DNA of 64,000 nt from an uncultured Spirochaetota bacterium. Its GTDB lineage: Bacteria > Spirochaetota > Spirochaetia > SZUA-6 > Fen-1364. Below the pieces are notes generated by a model. The model worked only from the letters and a program-made list of their open reading frames with translations. It had not been told where the DNA came from and did not search any database. Below are positions 53,084 to 63,308 of this stretch, in pieces (the first letter of the stretch is position 1; each line of letters starts with the position of its first letter). The position numbers and the translations under genes were made by a program. The DNA lies in NCBI GenBank assembly GCA_963820525.1, contig CAWGAA010000002.1, positions 256,001 to 320,000 on the forward strand. Direction: 5' to 3'.

Positions 53084-54241
53084 CTACATCCCCAGGGGCA
53101 AGAGTACATAGCTGAATGCGATGCCGATGTAGGTGCCGATCACCCAGCCGATGATTCCCGTGACGACTCCGGGAAGAATCATGTCGCGGTTTTTCAGGGC
53201 CGAGGATACCATCGGCACGAAGGGAGGCGAGCAGATCCCCGCCACGGAGGTGATGATCATCGTGTCCGTGTCGATGCGGAAGATCGCGCACAGCGCGATA
53301 TGCAGCGCCATGGATCCGAAGATCGCCAGGGTCACGTAGCCGATCACGGAGGGCAGCGCCGTGGCAAGGCTTCGGAGGTCCGCCATCGAGCCGATTGCCA
53401 GACAGAACACGAGGATGAAGTAGTTGCCCAGCTGATAGGTCTTTCTGATCCGCCGAAGCGGCCGGATGAAGGACGCCGCGATGGCAAGCGTGGTGATGGC
53501 GAGGATGGCCCCGATGGCAGACCACCCCGAGGGGAGAAAGATCGTGAGCGAAGCGCCGGCTGCCGCGATGAGAAGGGCGATCCCGAAAGCGCCGAGAAGC
53601 GGCGGGAGGGTTTCTCGCGAGAAAAAACCGGAATAGGAACCGTAATCGTCAGCCGAGACGTCCCGGGCGCCCTCTCCCGTCCCGCTGTAGGGCTTGAGAA
53701 ACATCCCGATGACCTTCTGGCCGATGGTGACGAGGAAAAGGAGGTAGATCGCCGAGATCACGATGTCCGAGGCGTTTGCCGCGACATAGAGGGCGGGGCT
53801 GGTCTGCAGGGCGATTCCGATTGCCGCGAGGTTGATGGTTCCGCCGGTGTAGACCCCGATGAGCATCCCGGCGAGCTTATTCGCCTCGGCTCCAATTACT
53901 CCCTTGAAGATAAAGAAGCCGACCGCGGATGCCGCGATCACGGCGAAGGTCTCCAGCCCGAACGAGAGGATCGCCTTTCCCCCCGTCCTGGTCCATCTGC
54001 CGATGTCGAGGGAGAAGAAAATCAGCGGAAGCGCGATGGGTATCGCGGCGTTGGTGGTGATGGTTTGGACCGTCGCCGCCCCTGCCGGCAGGATGCCGCT
54101 GTTTCCCAGGATCAGCCCGGCTGCATAGCAGACGACAACCGCGCCGATCCTGTCCACCAGAAGGACACGCTTGGCCCCGAGGTACAAGGCCAAGGCCGGG
54201 AAGCCCAGGAAGAAGAGCACCAGGAGAACTGTTGGGATCAT
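53084..54241 (-). CDS. DUF819 family membrane protein (putative transporter)
   Basis: ~11 TM segments; GVYTGGTINLAAI, ITSVAGICSPPFVP. Confidence 0.8.
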   Translation of the reverse strand: MIPTVLLVLFFLGFPALALYLGAKRVLLVDRIGAVVVCYAAGLILGNSGILPAGAATVQTITTNAAIPIALPLIFFSLDIGRWTRTGGKAILSFGLETFAVIAASAVGFFIFKGVIGAEANKLAGMLIGVYTGGTINLAAIGIALQTSPALYVAANASDIVISAIYLLFLVTIGQKVIGMFLKPYSGTGEGARDVSADDYGSYSGFFSRETLPPLLGAFGIALLIAAAGASLTIFLPSGWSAIGAILAITTLAIAASFIRPLRRIRKTYQLGNYFILVFCLAIGSMADLRSLATALPSVIGYVTLAIFGSMALHIALCAIFRIDTDTMIITSVAGICSPPFVPMVSSALKNRDMILPGVVTGIIGWVIGTYIGIAFSYVLLPLGM

Positions 54242-54363
54242 CGGGAGGGCAGTATAGAGAAACGACGGCCTTGATTCCAGCCCCTTTCTCCAAAATCGCC
54301 GCCGTAGTCCTCGCCCTCATGCCCGATCCTTGACTTGCGTCCGCGCGGTGGCATACTACGGGC

Positions 54364-54951
54364 ATGGAAAAGAGAGCTCGCGGATTTGCGTTGGCGCTGA
54401 TTGTCATCGCGGCTGCAGCCGCCGGCGCCCAGACGGGAGCGAAGGCCGCCAAGCCCCTTGGCACCGTCACGGTGAGCTATGACGTGCAGCGGATCGGCGG
54501 GATCGCCTCCAACCAGTTGGCGGTATGGATCGAAGATGCAGCAGGGGCGTATGTGAAAACGCTGTTTGCCACGGACTTCATGGCTCGTCGGAAGGGCTTT
54601 GAAAGAAAAACGCAGGTATGCCCGGAATGGGTAAAGGCCTCCGGCATCGCGGCCATGAGTGCCGCCCAGATCGACGCGCTCTCCGGCGCCACGCAGAAGG
54701 CGGGAAGGATCTCGCTCGTGTGGGACTGCACCGACGCGGCGGGAAAGCCGCTCCCCGCCGGCACCTATGCCTATAAAGTAGAGGGCAACCTCCGCTGGGA
54801 GAAGAGGGTGCTCTGGACGGGCAAGATTGAAGTAGGGAGCAAGGCCGTCACATCCGCGGCGATCGCAAGCTTCCTCCCCGATGAGTCGAGCAAGGAAGCC
54901 GGAGTCCTGGTCACCGAGGTCGCAGCCGCTTTTTCCCCAGCCGCCCGCTGA
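54364..54951 (+). CDS. DUF2271 domain secreted protein
   Basis: Signal peptide; SNQLAVWIED..G.YVKTL, IDALSGAT, WDCTD..GK.LPAGTY. Confidence 0.8.
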   Translation: MEKRARGFALALIVIAAAAAGAQTGAKAAKPLGTVTVSYDVQRIGGIASNQLAVWIEDAAGAYVKTLFATDFMARRKGFERKTQVCPEWVKASGIAAMSAAQIDALSGATQKAGRISLVWDCTDAAGKPLPAGTYAYKVEGNLRWEKRVLWTGKIEVGSKAVTSAAIASFLPDESSKEAGVLVTEVAAAFSPAAR

Positions 54952-55055
54952 CTTCCAGAAGGCACGGCCGGTTTTTCATCCGGTTGTCATGCCCACGTGA
55001 ATTTGGTAGTATCGGCTATACTAACCACCTTTTTGACGAAAGAAGGAACAAGCAA

Positions 55056-58000
55056 ATGGCACGAAAGATGATAACGATAGATGGCAATACCGCCGCGGGC
55101 ACGGTAGCCCATGCCACGAATGAAGTGATCGCGATCTATCCCATCACCCCCTCCTCCACGATGGGAGAGCTCGCCGACGAGCTTTCCGCGGACGGCAAGA
55201 AGAACATCTGGGGCACGGTGCCCTCGGTTGTCGAGATGCAATCCGAGGCAGGAGCCGCCGGCGCGGTCCACGGCGCCCTCACGACGGGCGCCCTCACCAC
55301 GACCTTTACGGCGTCCCAGGGGCTTCTCCTCATGATCCCCAACATGTTCAAGATAGCGGGGGAGCTCACGTCGACGGTTTTCCATATCGCCGCGCGAGCA
55401 GTGGCAACGCACGCCCTGTCGATTTTCGGAGACCACTCCGACGTCATGGCCTGCCGCACTACGGGCTGGGCCATGCTGTGCTCCAACAACCAGCAGGAGA
55501 TCATGGACTGCGCCCTGATCGCCCAGGCAGCCACGCTGGAGGCCCGGATTCCCTTCCTCCACTTCTTCGACGGCTTCCGCGCCTACGTGGAGGTGCAGAA
55601 GATCGAGGAGCTCGCCGCCGAAGACATGCACGCGATGGTCACCGACGAGCTGGTGGCCGCCCACAGGGCCCGCGCCCTGAACCCCGAGCGCCCGGTCATC
55701 CGCGGCACTTCGCAGAATCCCGATGTGTACTTCGCGGGCCGCGAGGCGGTGAACAAGTACTACCTGGCCGTGCCCGCCATCGTGCAGAAGGCCATGGACA
55801 AGCTGGCCAAGATCGTGGGCCGCCAGTACCGGCTCTTCGACTACGTGGGGGCCAAGGACGCCGACCGCATCGTCATCATGATGGGAAACGGCGCGGAGAC
55901 CGCGGAAGAGGTGGCGGGCTCTCTCAACGCAAAGGGCGAGAAGGTGGGCGTGCTCAAGGTCAGGCTTTTCCGGCCCTTCAGCATCGAGCACTTCGTCAAG
56001 GCGCTCCCTTCCACGGTGAAGGCGATCGCGGTGCTTGACCGCACCAAGGAGCCCGGCGCCCTGGGCGAGCCGCTCTACGAGGACGTGCGCACCGCCATCG
56101 GAGAGGGCATGGCGAGCGGCGCGCTCAAGATGAAGGACTACCCCGTCATCGTCGGCGGCCGCTACGGGCTGGGCTCCTACGAGTTCACCGGCGCCATGGC
56201 CAAGGCCGTCTTCGACAACCTGAAGGCCAAGCAGCCCAAGAACCACTTCACGGTCGGGATCAACGACGACGTGACCAATTCGAGCCTTTCCTTCGACGAG
56301 AGCTTCACCTCCGAGCCCGCCGGCGTTCACAGCGCCCTGTTCTACGGGCTGGGCGCGGACGGAACCGTCGGGGCCAACAAGAACTCGATCAAGATCATCG
56401 GCAAGGCCACGGACAACTTCTGCCAGGGCTACTTCGTCTTCGACTCCAAGAAGTCGGGCTCGATCACGATTTCGCATCTCAGGTTCGGAAAGCAGCCGAT
56501 CAAGAGCGCCTACCTCGTCACCAAGGCGAGCTTCGTGGCCTGCCACAAGTTCAGCTTCCTGGAAAAGTACGACATGCTCTCCCAGGCCAACGACGGCGCC
56601 GTGTTCCTCCTGAACTCCCCCTTCGGCAAGGAGGAGGTCTGGCAGAACATCCCCGTGGAGGTGCAGAAGCAGATCATCGACAAGAAGCTGAGGTTCTACG
56701 TGATCGACGCCACGAAGATCGCCGACAGCGTGGGGCTCAAGGGCAGGATCAACGTCACCATGCAGACCGCGTTCTTCCTCATCTCCGGCGTCGTTCCCGA
56801 GGCAAAGGCCCTGGAGCTGATCAAGAGCTCCATCGAGGACACCTACGGCAACAAGGGCAAGGACATCGTCGAGATGAACATGAAGGCGGTCGAGGCCGCC
56901 CGGACCAGCATCCAGCAGGTGGGCTATCCCGCCAAGACCGCGGGAAGCATCCATATGAAGTCTCCCGTTCCCGCCGAAGCCCCCGCGTTCGTGAAGTCGG
57001 TGACCGCGGAGATCATCGCGGGCCGCGGAGAAAAGCTGGCCGTTTCCATGCTTCCCGATGACGGCACCTGGCCTTCAGCCACCACCCAGTGGGAGAAGAG
57101 GAACATCGCTGAAGAGACCCCCGTGTGGGACCCCGAGACCTGCATCCAGTGCGGAGAGTGCTCCCTGGTGTGTCCCCATGCCGTCATCCGCATGAAGGTC
57201 TACGACGCGGCAAAGCTCGCGGGCGCACCCGCCGCCTTCAAATCCATCGACGCCAAGGGCTCCGAGTTCAAGGGCATGAAGTACACGGTCCAGGTCTCGT
57301 CCCTGGACTGCACGGGCTGCGGGGTGTGCGTGAGCACATGCCCCGCCTACAAGAAGGTGGACGGCCAGAAGACGGACAAGAAGGCCATCAACATGGCCCC
57401 GCAGCTTCCCATCAGGGACCAGGAGGCAGCAAACTTCGCCTTCTTCCTCACCCTGCCGGAGGTGGACACAAAGCTGATCAAGCGCAACTCCATCAAGGGC
57501 TCGCAGCTCATCAGGCCTTTGTTCGAGTTCTCGGGGGCCTGCGGCGGCTGCGGTGAAACCCCGTATCTCAAGCTGATGAGCCAGCTCTACGGCGACCGTG
57601 CCGTCATCGCCAACGCAACGGGCTGCTCGTCGATCTACGGCGGCAACCTCCCAACAACCCCTTACGCGGTGCGCGCCGACGGCCGGGGACCCGCATGGTC
57701 CAACTCTCTTTTCGAGGACGCGGCGGAGTTCGGCTACGGCATGAGGCTCACGGCGGACAAGATGTCCGAGTTCGCCAAGGAGATCGTCGAGCGGCTCATC
57801 TCCGGCGGCTCCGTCGTGTCGAAGGATCTCCTCCAGCAGATCGGCTCAGCGGACCAGTCCACGCAGGAGGGGATAGAAGCCCAGCGCCAGAGGGTGGGCG
57901 AGCTCAAGAAGGCGCTTGCCAAGGCGAAGACCGACGAAGAGAAGCGGCTCCTCGCGGCTGCGGACTACCTGATCAAGAAATCGGTGTGGATCGTTGGCGG

Positions 58001-58646
58001 CGACGGCTGGGCGTACGACATCGGCTACGGCGGCCTGGACCACGTGATCGCCTCCAACAGGAACGTGAACATCCTGGTCCTCGACACCGAGGTGTACTCC
58101 AACACGGGAGGCCAGATGTCGAAGTCAACCCCCGTCGGCGCGATCGCCAAGTTCGCTGCGGCCGGAAAGCCCCTGGGCAAGAAAGACCTCGGCCTCTTGG
58201 CAATGGCATATGGCACGGCATACGTGGCCCGCGTGGCCCTGGGCGCCAACAAGCTCCAGACCATCCGCGCCTTCGATGAGGCTGACGCGCACAACGGACC
58301 GTCCATCATCATCGCGTACTGCCACTGTATCAACCAGGGCATCGATCTGAAAAAGGGCCTCTCCCAGCAGAAGCTGGCGGTGGAGTCCGGCGCCTGGACC
58401 CTGTTCCGCTACAATCCCAAGCTCCGTGCCGAGGGCAAAAACCCGCTCATCCTGGACTCGCGTGAGCCCACGGCGGACATCGGGGAGTACATGTACAACG
58501 AGATCCGTTTCCGCGCCCTCAAGCAGATCAGCCCCGAGCGCGCGTCCACCTTCCTGGCCCAGGCCAAGCTCGACGCCAAGGAGCGCTACGCGTACTACAA
58601 GTACCTGGCCGACCGCGGTCAGGCGCCCGCACCCTCCGCTTCCTGA
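55056..58646 (+). CDS. nifJ: Pyruvate:ferredoxin (flavodoxin) oxidoreductase
   Basis: IYPITPSS, EMQSEAGAAG, two CxxCxxCxxxCP motifs, FEFSGACGGCGETPY, GGDGWAYDIG. Confidence 0.97.
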   Translation: MARKMITIDGNTAAGTVAHATNEVIAIYPITPSSTMGELADELSADGKKNIWGTVPSVVEMQSEAGAAGAVHGALTTGALTTTFTASQGLLLMIPNMFKIAGELTSTVFHIAARAVATHALSIFGDHSDVMACRTTGWAMLCSNNQQEIMDCALIAQAATLEARIPFLHFFDGFRAYVEVQKIEELAAEDMHAMVTDELVAAHRARALNPERPVIRGTSQNPDVYFAGREAVNKYYLAVPAIVQKAMDKLAKIVGRQYRLFDYVGAKDADRIVIMMGNGAETAEEVAGSLNAKGEKVGVLKVRLFRPFSIEHFVKALPSTVKAIAVLDRTKEPGALGEPLYEDVRTAIGEGMASGALKMKDYPVIVGGRYGLGSYEFTGAMAKAVFDNLKAKQPKNHFTVGINDDVTNSSLSFDESFTSEPAGVHSALFYGLGADGTVGANKNSIKIIGKATDNFCQGYFVFDSKKSGSITISHLRFGKQPIKSAYLVTKASFVACHKFSFLEKYDMLSQANDGAVFLLNSPFGKEEVWQNIPVEVQKQIIDKKLRFYVIDATKIADSVGLKGRINVTMQTAFFLISGVVPEAKALELIKSSIEDTYGNKGKDIVEMNMKAVEAARTSIQQVGYPAKTAGSIHMKSPVPAEAPAFVKSVTAEIIAGRGEKLAVSMLPDDGTWPSATTQWEKRNIAEETPVWDPETCIQCGECSLVCPHAVIRMKVYDAAKLAGAPAAFKSIDAKGSEFKGMKYTVQVSSLDCTGCGVCVSTCPAYKKVDGQKTDKKAINMAPQLPIRDQEAANFAFFLTLPEVDTKLIKRNSIKGSQLIRPLFEFSGACGGCGETPYLKLMSQLYGDRAVIANATGCSSIYGGNLPTTPYAVRADGRGPAWSNSLFEDAAEFGYGMRLTADKMSEFAKEIVERLISGGSVVSKDLLQQIGSADQSTQEGIEAQRQRVGELKKALAKAKTDEEKRLLAAADYLIKKSVWIVGGDGWAYDIGYGGLDHVIASNRNVNILVLDTEVYSNTGGQMSKSTPVGAIAKFAAAGKPLGKKDLGLLAMAYGTAYVARVALGANKLQTIRAFDEADAHNGPSIIIAYCHCINQGIDLKKGLSQQKLAVESGAWTLFRYNPKLRAEGKNPLILDSREPTADIGEYMYNEIRFRALKQISPERASTFLAQAKLDAKERYAYYKYLADRGQAPAPSAS

Positions 58647-58670
58647 AATAGTCTCATACAAAGCACAACG

Positions 58671-58708
58671 AGCCGCCCGCGGCCCGACAGGCTGTGGGCG
58701 GCTTTTTT
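58671..58708 (+). terminator. Intrinsic terminator after PFOR
   Basis: AGCCGCCCGCGGCC...GGCTGTGGGCGGCT stem followed by a T-run. Confidence 0.8.
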
Positions 58709-58782
58709 ATTGGCTCTCCAGTTTCGCAAGCACACACGAGGGCGGGAGCCCGGCGCGTCCAGCCGGCGGCGAGGTCGCGCAG

Positions 58783-60333
58783 CTACGCTTGAGGCTTCAT
58801 CTCCGGCGCGCCGAGAAGCCGGATATGCTTCTCCATGTGCTTTTCAACCACGGAGTAGTGAAGCTCCTCCTCCTGGATAAGGGTCCTGAAAAAAGGCCCG
58901 CGGATTTCCGGGTCCTTCAGGAGCCCGCCGTACGTTATGTGGAGGAGCTGGCGGGAATCTTTCGATTCCAGATACCGCTCGAGAGCTGAGTCCTTTACAG
59001 TATCCGGATCGGGAATCGCCGCCAGATTTGTGGTGACGTGATAGAGCTTTGAAGCGTCGGGGAAATGGGTGAACGCCCTGGCCAGCATCGCCCGAAAGAG
59101 GGCTGGATTCGATCTGGCGACCACCCGCACAGCCTCAAGCCAGCTCGTGCCGGCTGTCTTCAGGTGGAGACGAAGCCCGGTGAGCCTTCCGATTGCCGGG
59201 TAGACGGAGAACTTGTCGCTTCCCGAGTGGACGGATATCTTGTAGCCTCCGAACTCGCGGGCGATGCGGCAGTGCGCGGCCAGCTGGCTCTCGAACTCCC
59301 TCACGTCTCCTATGTAATCGATTCCCTTCTGAAACTCCCCGATGAAGCGGGGCGCGAGAGAGGTGACCGCCACGCCGCGAAGGCGAAGCTCGCTGGCCAT
59401 GAAGAGGTGGTGCGCGGGAAGCGTCGGCGCCGTGGTCTCGTCGATGCTGATCTCCAGGTCGTACTCTTGCCCACGCTTCTCCTGCAGATGCAGGTCCACC
59501 TCCCGTGTGAAGTCCAGGGCGCGCCAGTACATCAGGGCGCATCGCTTTGCCTCGACCGCATCGAGCGTGATGATAGATCCTGAAAGATCGAACGTTTTTC
59601 CCGCGTATTTTTCCAGGACATGCCTCTTCGTTTCCGTTTCAAGCTTTTCGAACTCGGAGTCCACCCGCGCGGGGCTCCACGAAGCGGGAAGTGGGGACAT
59701 CGTTTCGGTGAGGTCGAGGGTTATCATGGGCATCTTGGCGTTCAGCGCCGTATCGATGTCCCGTATCGTTTTCAGGTGGTCGCCGTCCGCTCCGTATCCC
59801 CGCTCGTATCCTTCCTGGAAGACCAGGAAGGTCGCGTCACTGACGACGCCGGGGTAGTCGCGGCCGGTAAGGGTGAGCTCGCGCATGGATTGCTGGGCGA
59901 GCACGGGCGAGACGGCGAACTTGGCGGCCGCGCGCACATGTCCGGGAGTTGCGAGGCCCAGGCGGTCGCCGCAGCCTATGGTGGTTTCCCTGTCCCGAAG
60001 CGAGATTGGAGCCGTGAAGGGGAACGCTTCATGGAGGCGCCCGGCGTTTTCAGCCGAAAGCTCCGCTCTTGCCAGATCGAGCCCTCCGATGCGCTGCTTT
60101 GTGCCCGCGAAAAGTGAGTTGAAAGTCTTGCCGGATACAACATAAAGGCTTTTGTGCCCATCCATGGACGCGATGAAGTAGAGAAGCCCATCGCGCAGGT
60201 GGAGGGAGCGCCGGTAGATCCGGGCGTTTCCCGCAGCTATCCAGGGGGCGTCGCCGCTCTTGAGCCGCTCCAGAGCGGCCTGGTCGGCTCCGGCAAGCCC
60301 GGATTCTGCTACGACGCGTGCTAGTGTTTCCAT
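58783..60333 (-). CDS. uxaE: Tagaturonate/fructuronate epimerase
   Basis: G.GDRLGLATPGH, AQQSMREL..TGR, GADGDHLK, E.SIDET, LAPRFIGEFQKGIDY, S.HSGSDKFS, HLKTAGTSWLEA. Confidence 0.93.
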   Translation of the reverse strand: METLARVVAESGLAGADQAALERLKSGDAPWIAAGNARIYRRSLHLRDGLLYFIASMDGHKSLYVVSGKTFNSLFAGTKQRIGGLDLARAELSAENAGRLHEAFPFTAPISLRDRETTIGCGDRLGLATPGHVRAAAKFAVSPVLAQQSMRELTLTGRDYPGVVSDATFLVFQEGYERGYGADGDHLKTIRDIDTALNAKMPMITLDLTETMSPLPASWSPARVDSEFEKLETETKRHVLEKYAGKTFDLSGSIITLDAVEAKRCALMYWRALDFTREVDLHLQEKRGQEYDLEISIDETTAPTLPAHHLFMASELRLRGVAVTSLAPRFIGEFQKGIDYIGDVREFESQLAAHCRIAREFGGYKISVHSGSDKFSVYPAIGRLTGLRLHLKTAGTSWLEAVRVVARSNPALFRAMLARAFTHFPDASKLYHVTTNLAAIPDPDTVKDSALERYLESKDSRQLLHITYGGLLKDPEIRGPFFRTLIQEEELHYSVVEKHMEKHIRLLGAPEMKPQA

Positions 60334-60387
60334 CTTTTCTCTTGGATCGGCCGCGATTGATGGTGATGCGCGCCCGCGGCCCTTCGC

Positions 60388-60430
60388 GTGACATCGCTTT
60401 CGCTATTTCGTATTATATCGTAAAACGATA
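60388..60430 (+). promoter_or_regulatory. Promoter plus palindromic operator in the uxaE / LarA-family divergent region
   Basis: GTGACA-N17-TATTAT followed by inverted repeat TATCGT-aaa-ACGATA (60416-60430). Confidence 0.55.
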
Positions 60431-60495
60431 CCGAAGGGAAAGAAAATGGCTGAGGATTGCGAACGGCGGAGCACGCGCTCCGGGGCGGTGGCGCG

Positions 60496-61767
60496 GTGAC
60501 GTACTTCGCGCGAGGCTCGAAGCACGATGTCATCTCGGACAATGACCTTCGCTCGGGTCTCTTCGAGGCATTCGGGAAGCTGGGAAAGAGAGGGAGGATC
60601 CTGGTTGTTCCCCCCGACATAACCCGCCTTCCCTCACGGGCCGGACGAATTACCGAGCTTGCCTGGCAATTCTTCGGGGAAGCGATAACCGACGTGCTTC
60701 CGGCAACGGGCACGCACTTCGCCATGAGCGAGGCGGAGATGAGCGAGATGTTCGGCGGGGTGCCTCATCGGCTCTTTCGGGCTCACATGTGGAAGGAAAA
60801 CCTCGATACCCTGGGCCGGGTGCCGTCTGAGTTCATCGCCGAGGTATCCGAAGGGCTTCTTTCCTACGACTGGCCCGCCCAGGTGGACCATCTCCTGGCC
60901 GCCGGAGGCCATGACCTGATTCTCTCCATCGGGCAGGTGGTGCCTCACGAGGTGGTGGGGATGGCGGGATACAACAAGAACATCCTCATCGGCGCGGGCG
61001 GCCGCGAGGCCATTCACAAAAGCCATTATCTGGGCGCCGTATACGGCATGGAGCGGATGATGGGCCGCTCCGACACGCCGGTGCGAAAGGTGCTCGACTA
61101 CGCGACCGGGCGGTTTGCCCGCGGGCTTCCCATCGTCTACGTGCACACGGTCGTTGCCCGCGAAGCCGACGGCAGCCTTGCGCTCAAGGGGCTGTTTGTC
61201 GGCGATGACGCGGAGCTCTTCTCCCGCGCCGCCGCGTTGTCCCTCGAGGTGAACCTCACGATGGTGGAACAGCCGCTGGAGAAGGTTGTGGTGTATCTCG
61301 ATGCGGCGGAGTACAAGAGCACCTGGCTGGGAAACAAGGCGATCTACCGCACGCGCATGGCAATCGCCGACGGCGGCGAGCTCATCGTGCTGGCCCCCGG
61401 AGTGCGCAGCTTCGGTGAGGACCCCGGCATCGACGCCCTCATCCGCCGCTACGGCTACCTCACCACGCCGCGAGTCCTCAAGGCCGTGGAGGAGAGCAAG
61501 GACCTGCAGGAGAACCTCGCCGTGGCCGCGCACCTGATCCACGGCTCCTCCGAGGAGCGTTTCACGGTCACCTACTGCCCCGGAGGCCTTTCCCGGGAAG
61601 AGGTGGAGAAGGCCAACTTCCGCTATGGGGAGCTTGCCGCCATCATGAATCGATACGACCCCGGACGCCTGCGTGAGGGGCGGAACGAGCTTCCCGGAGG
61701 GGAGCGGATCTACTTCATCTCGAAGCCCGCGATCGGCCTGTGGGCCCACCGGGGCAGGTTTACTTAA
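60496..61767 (+). CDS. LarA-family (lactate racemase N-domain) epimerase, candidate mannonate/gluconate epimerase
   Basis: VPPDITR, PATGTH, QVVPHEVVGMAGYNKN, WLGNKAIYR, GGELIVLAPG; start uncertain (60457 or 60496). Confidence 0.8.
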   Translation: MTYFARGSKHDVISDNDLRSGLFEAFGKLGKRGRILVVPPDITRLPSRAGRITELAWQFFGEAITDVLPATGTHFAMSEAEMSEMFGGVPHRLFRAHMWKENLDTLGRVPSEFIAEVSEGLLSYDWPAQVDHLLAAGGHDLILSIGQVVPHEVVGMAGYNKNILIGAGGREAIHKSHYLGAVYGMERMMGRSDTPVRKVLDYATGRFARGLPIVYVHTVVAREADGSLALKGLFVGDDAELFSRAAALSLEVNLTMVEQPLEKVVVYLDAAEYKSTWLGNKAIYRTRMAIADGGELIVLAPGVRSFGEDPGIDALIRRYGYLTTPRVLKAVEESKDLQENLAVAAHLIHGSSEERFTVTYCPGGLSREEVEKANFRYGELAAIMNRYDPGRLREGRNELPGGERIYFISKPAIGLWAHRGRFT

Positions 61768-61816
61768 TTGAGGCGCGGCGCATATCCACCCGCCTTCATC
61801 CGTCAAGGAGCGTGCC

Positions 61817-63253
61817 ATGGAACCTCGTGCTGATTTCGGTCTCATCGGCCTGGCCGTCATGGGAGAGAACCTGGTCCTCAACATCAACGACAAGGGATAC
61901 TCGGTTGCGGTCTTCAACAGGACCGTATCCAGGGTGGACGAGTTCCTCCGTCAGAAGGCGCACGGCCGCGCCACGATAATCGGCACGCGCTCGATAGGGG
62001 AACTGGCGGCCGCCGTCAAGCGGCCGCGCAGGATCATGCTCATGGTAAAGGCGGGAGAAGCGGTGGATGAAACGATCGAGCTTCTCATCCCTCACATGGA
62101 GGCGGGTGACCTCATCATAGACGGCGGAAACTCGCACTTCTCCGACACCACCCGGCGCACGAGATACCTCGCGGGCAAGGGGCTTCTCTTCATCGGCACG
62201 GGGGTATCCGGCGGGGAGGAGGGGGCGCGCCATGGTCCTTCCATAATGCCCGGCGGAAACCCCCAGGGCTGGCCCCTGGTGAAGGAGATATTCCAAGCCA
62301 TCGCGGCGAAGGCCGACGGCGCGCCCTGCTGCGACTGGGTGGGGGAGGATGGGGCCGGTCATTACGTGAAGATGGTCCACAACGGCATCGAGTACGGGGA
62401 CATGCAGCTGATATCCGAGGCGTATCAGCTGCTCAAGGAAGGCCTGGGCATGAGCGCCGACGAGATGCAGGGAGTCTTTGCGCAATGGAACGGGGGAGAG
62501 CTTGACAGCTATCTCATCCAGATCACCGCGGAGATCCTCGCGTTCAAGGACGAGGATGGCGAGCCGCTCCTGGACAACATCCTGGATGCTGCCGGTCAGA
62601 AGGGAACGGGCAAGTGGACGAGCGTCAACGCCCTGGACCTCGGAATCCCGGTCACGCTGATAGGGGAGGCCGTTTTCGCCCGCTGCCTGTCCGCATTGAA
62701 GGACGAGAGGGTGGCGGCCTCGAAGGCGCTGAAAGGTCCTGACGCCCGCTTCTCCGGCGACAGAAAGGCATTCATCGAGGATGTGAGAAAAGCCCTCCTT
62801 GCCTCCAAGATCGTGTCCTATGCCCAAGGCTACATGCTGTTTCGAGAAGCGGCCAGGGAATACGGCTGGAACCTGAACTACGGCGGGATCGCGCTCTTGT
62901 GGCGCGGCGGCTGCATCATCAGAAGCTCTTTCCTGGGGAAGATCAAGGAGGCTTTCGACCGCAATCCCGGCCTGGCCAATCTTCTCCTGGATCCGTATTT
63001 TACGTCGCTCATCGAAAGCTCCCAGGCTTCATGGCGGCGGACGGTCTCGAAGGCCGTGGAGCTGGGAATTCCCGTCCCCGCTTTTTCAACGGCCCTGTGC
63101 TTCTACGATGGGTATCGGAGCGCCCGGCTGCCGGCCAATCTCCTCCAGGCTCAGCGGGACTTCTTCGGCGCGCACACCTACGAGCGGGTGGACAGGCCGC
63201 GGGGCCAATTTTTCCACACGAACTGGACCGGAGCGGGGATGGAGGGGCTCTAA
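61817..63253 (+). CDS. gnd: 6-phosphogluconate dehydrogenase (decarboxylating)
   Basis: GLAVMG, LMVKAG, GVSGGEEGA, KMVHNGIEY, QKGTGKW, QAQRDFFGAH. Confidence 0.97.
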   Translation: MEPRADFGLIGLAVMGENLVLNINDKGYSVAVFNRTVSRVDEFLRQKAHGRATIIGTRSIGELAAAVKRPRRIMLMVKAGEAVDETIELLIPHMEAGDLIIDGGNSHFSDTTRRTRYLAGKGLLFIGTGVSGGEEGARHGPSIMPGGNPQGWPLVKEIFQAIAAKADGAPCCDWVGEDGAGHYVKMVHNGIEYGDMQLISEAYQLLKEGLGMSADEMQGVFAQWNGGELDSYLIQITAEILAFKDEDGEPLLDNILDAAGQKGTGKWTSVNALDLGIPVTLIGEAVFARCLSALKDERVAASKALKGPDARFSGDRKAFIEDVRKALLASKIVSYAQGYMLFREAAREYGWNLNYGGIALLWRGGCIIRSSFLGKIKEAFDRNPGLANLLLDPYFTSLIESSQASWRRTVSKAVELGIPVPAFSTALCFYDGYRSARLPANLLQAQRDFFGAHTYERVDRPRGQFFHTNWTGAGMEGL

Positions 63254-63308
63254 GGCCGGCCGCGCCGCTATCCCCGGCTCCCCCGAGGTGATACATTGCC
63301 GTACAGCT

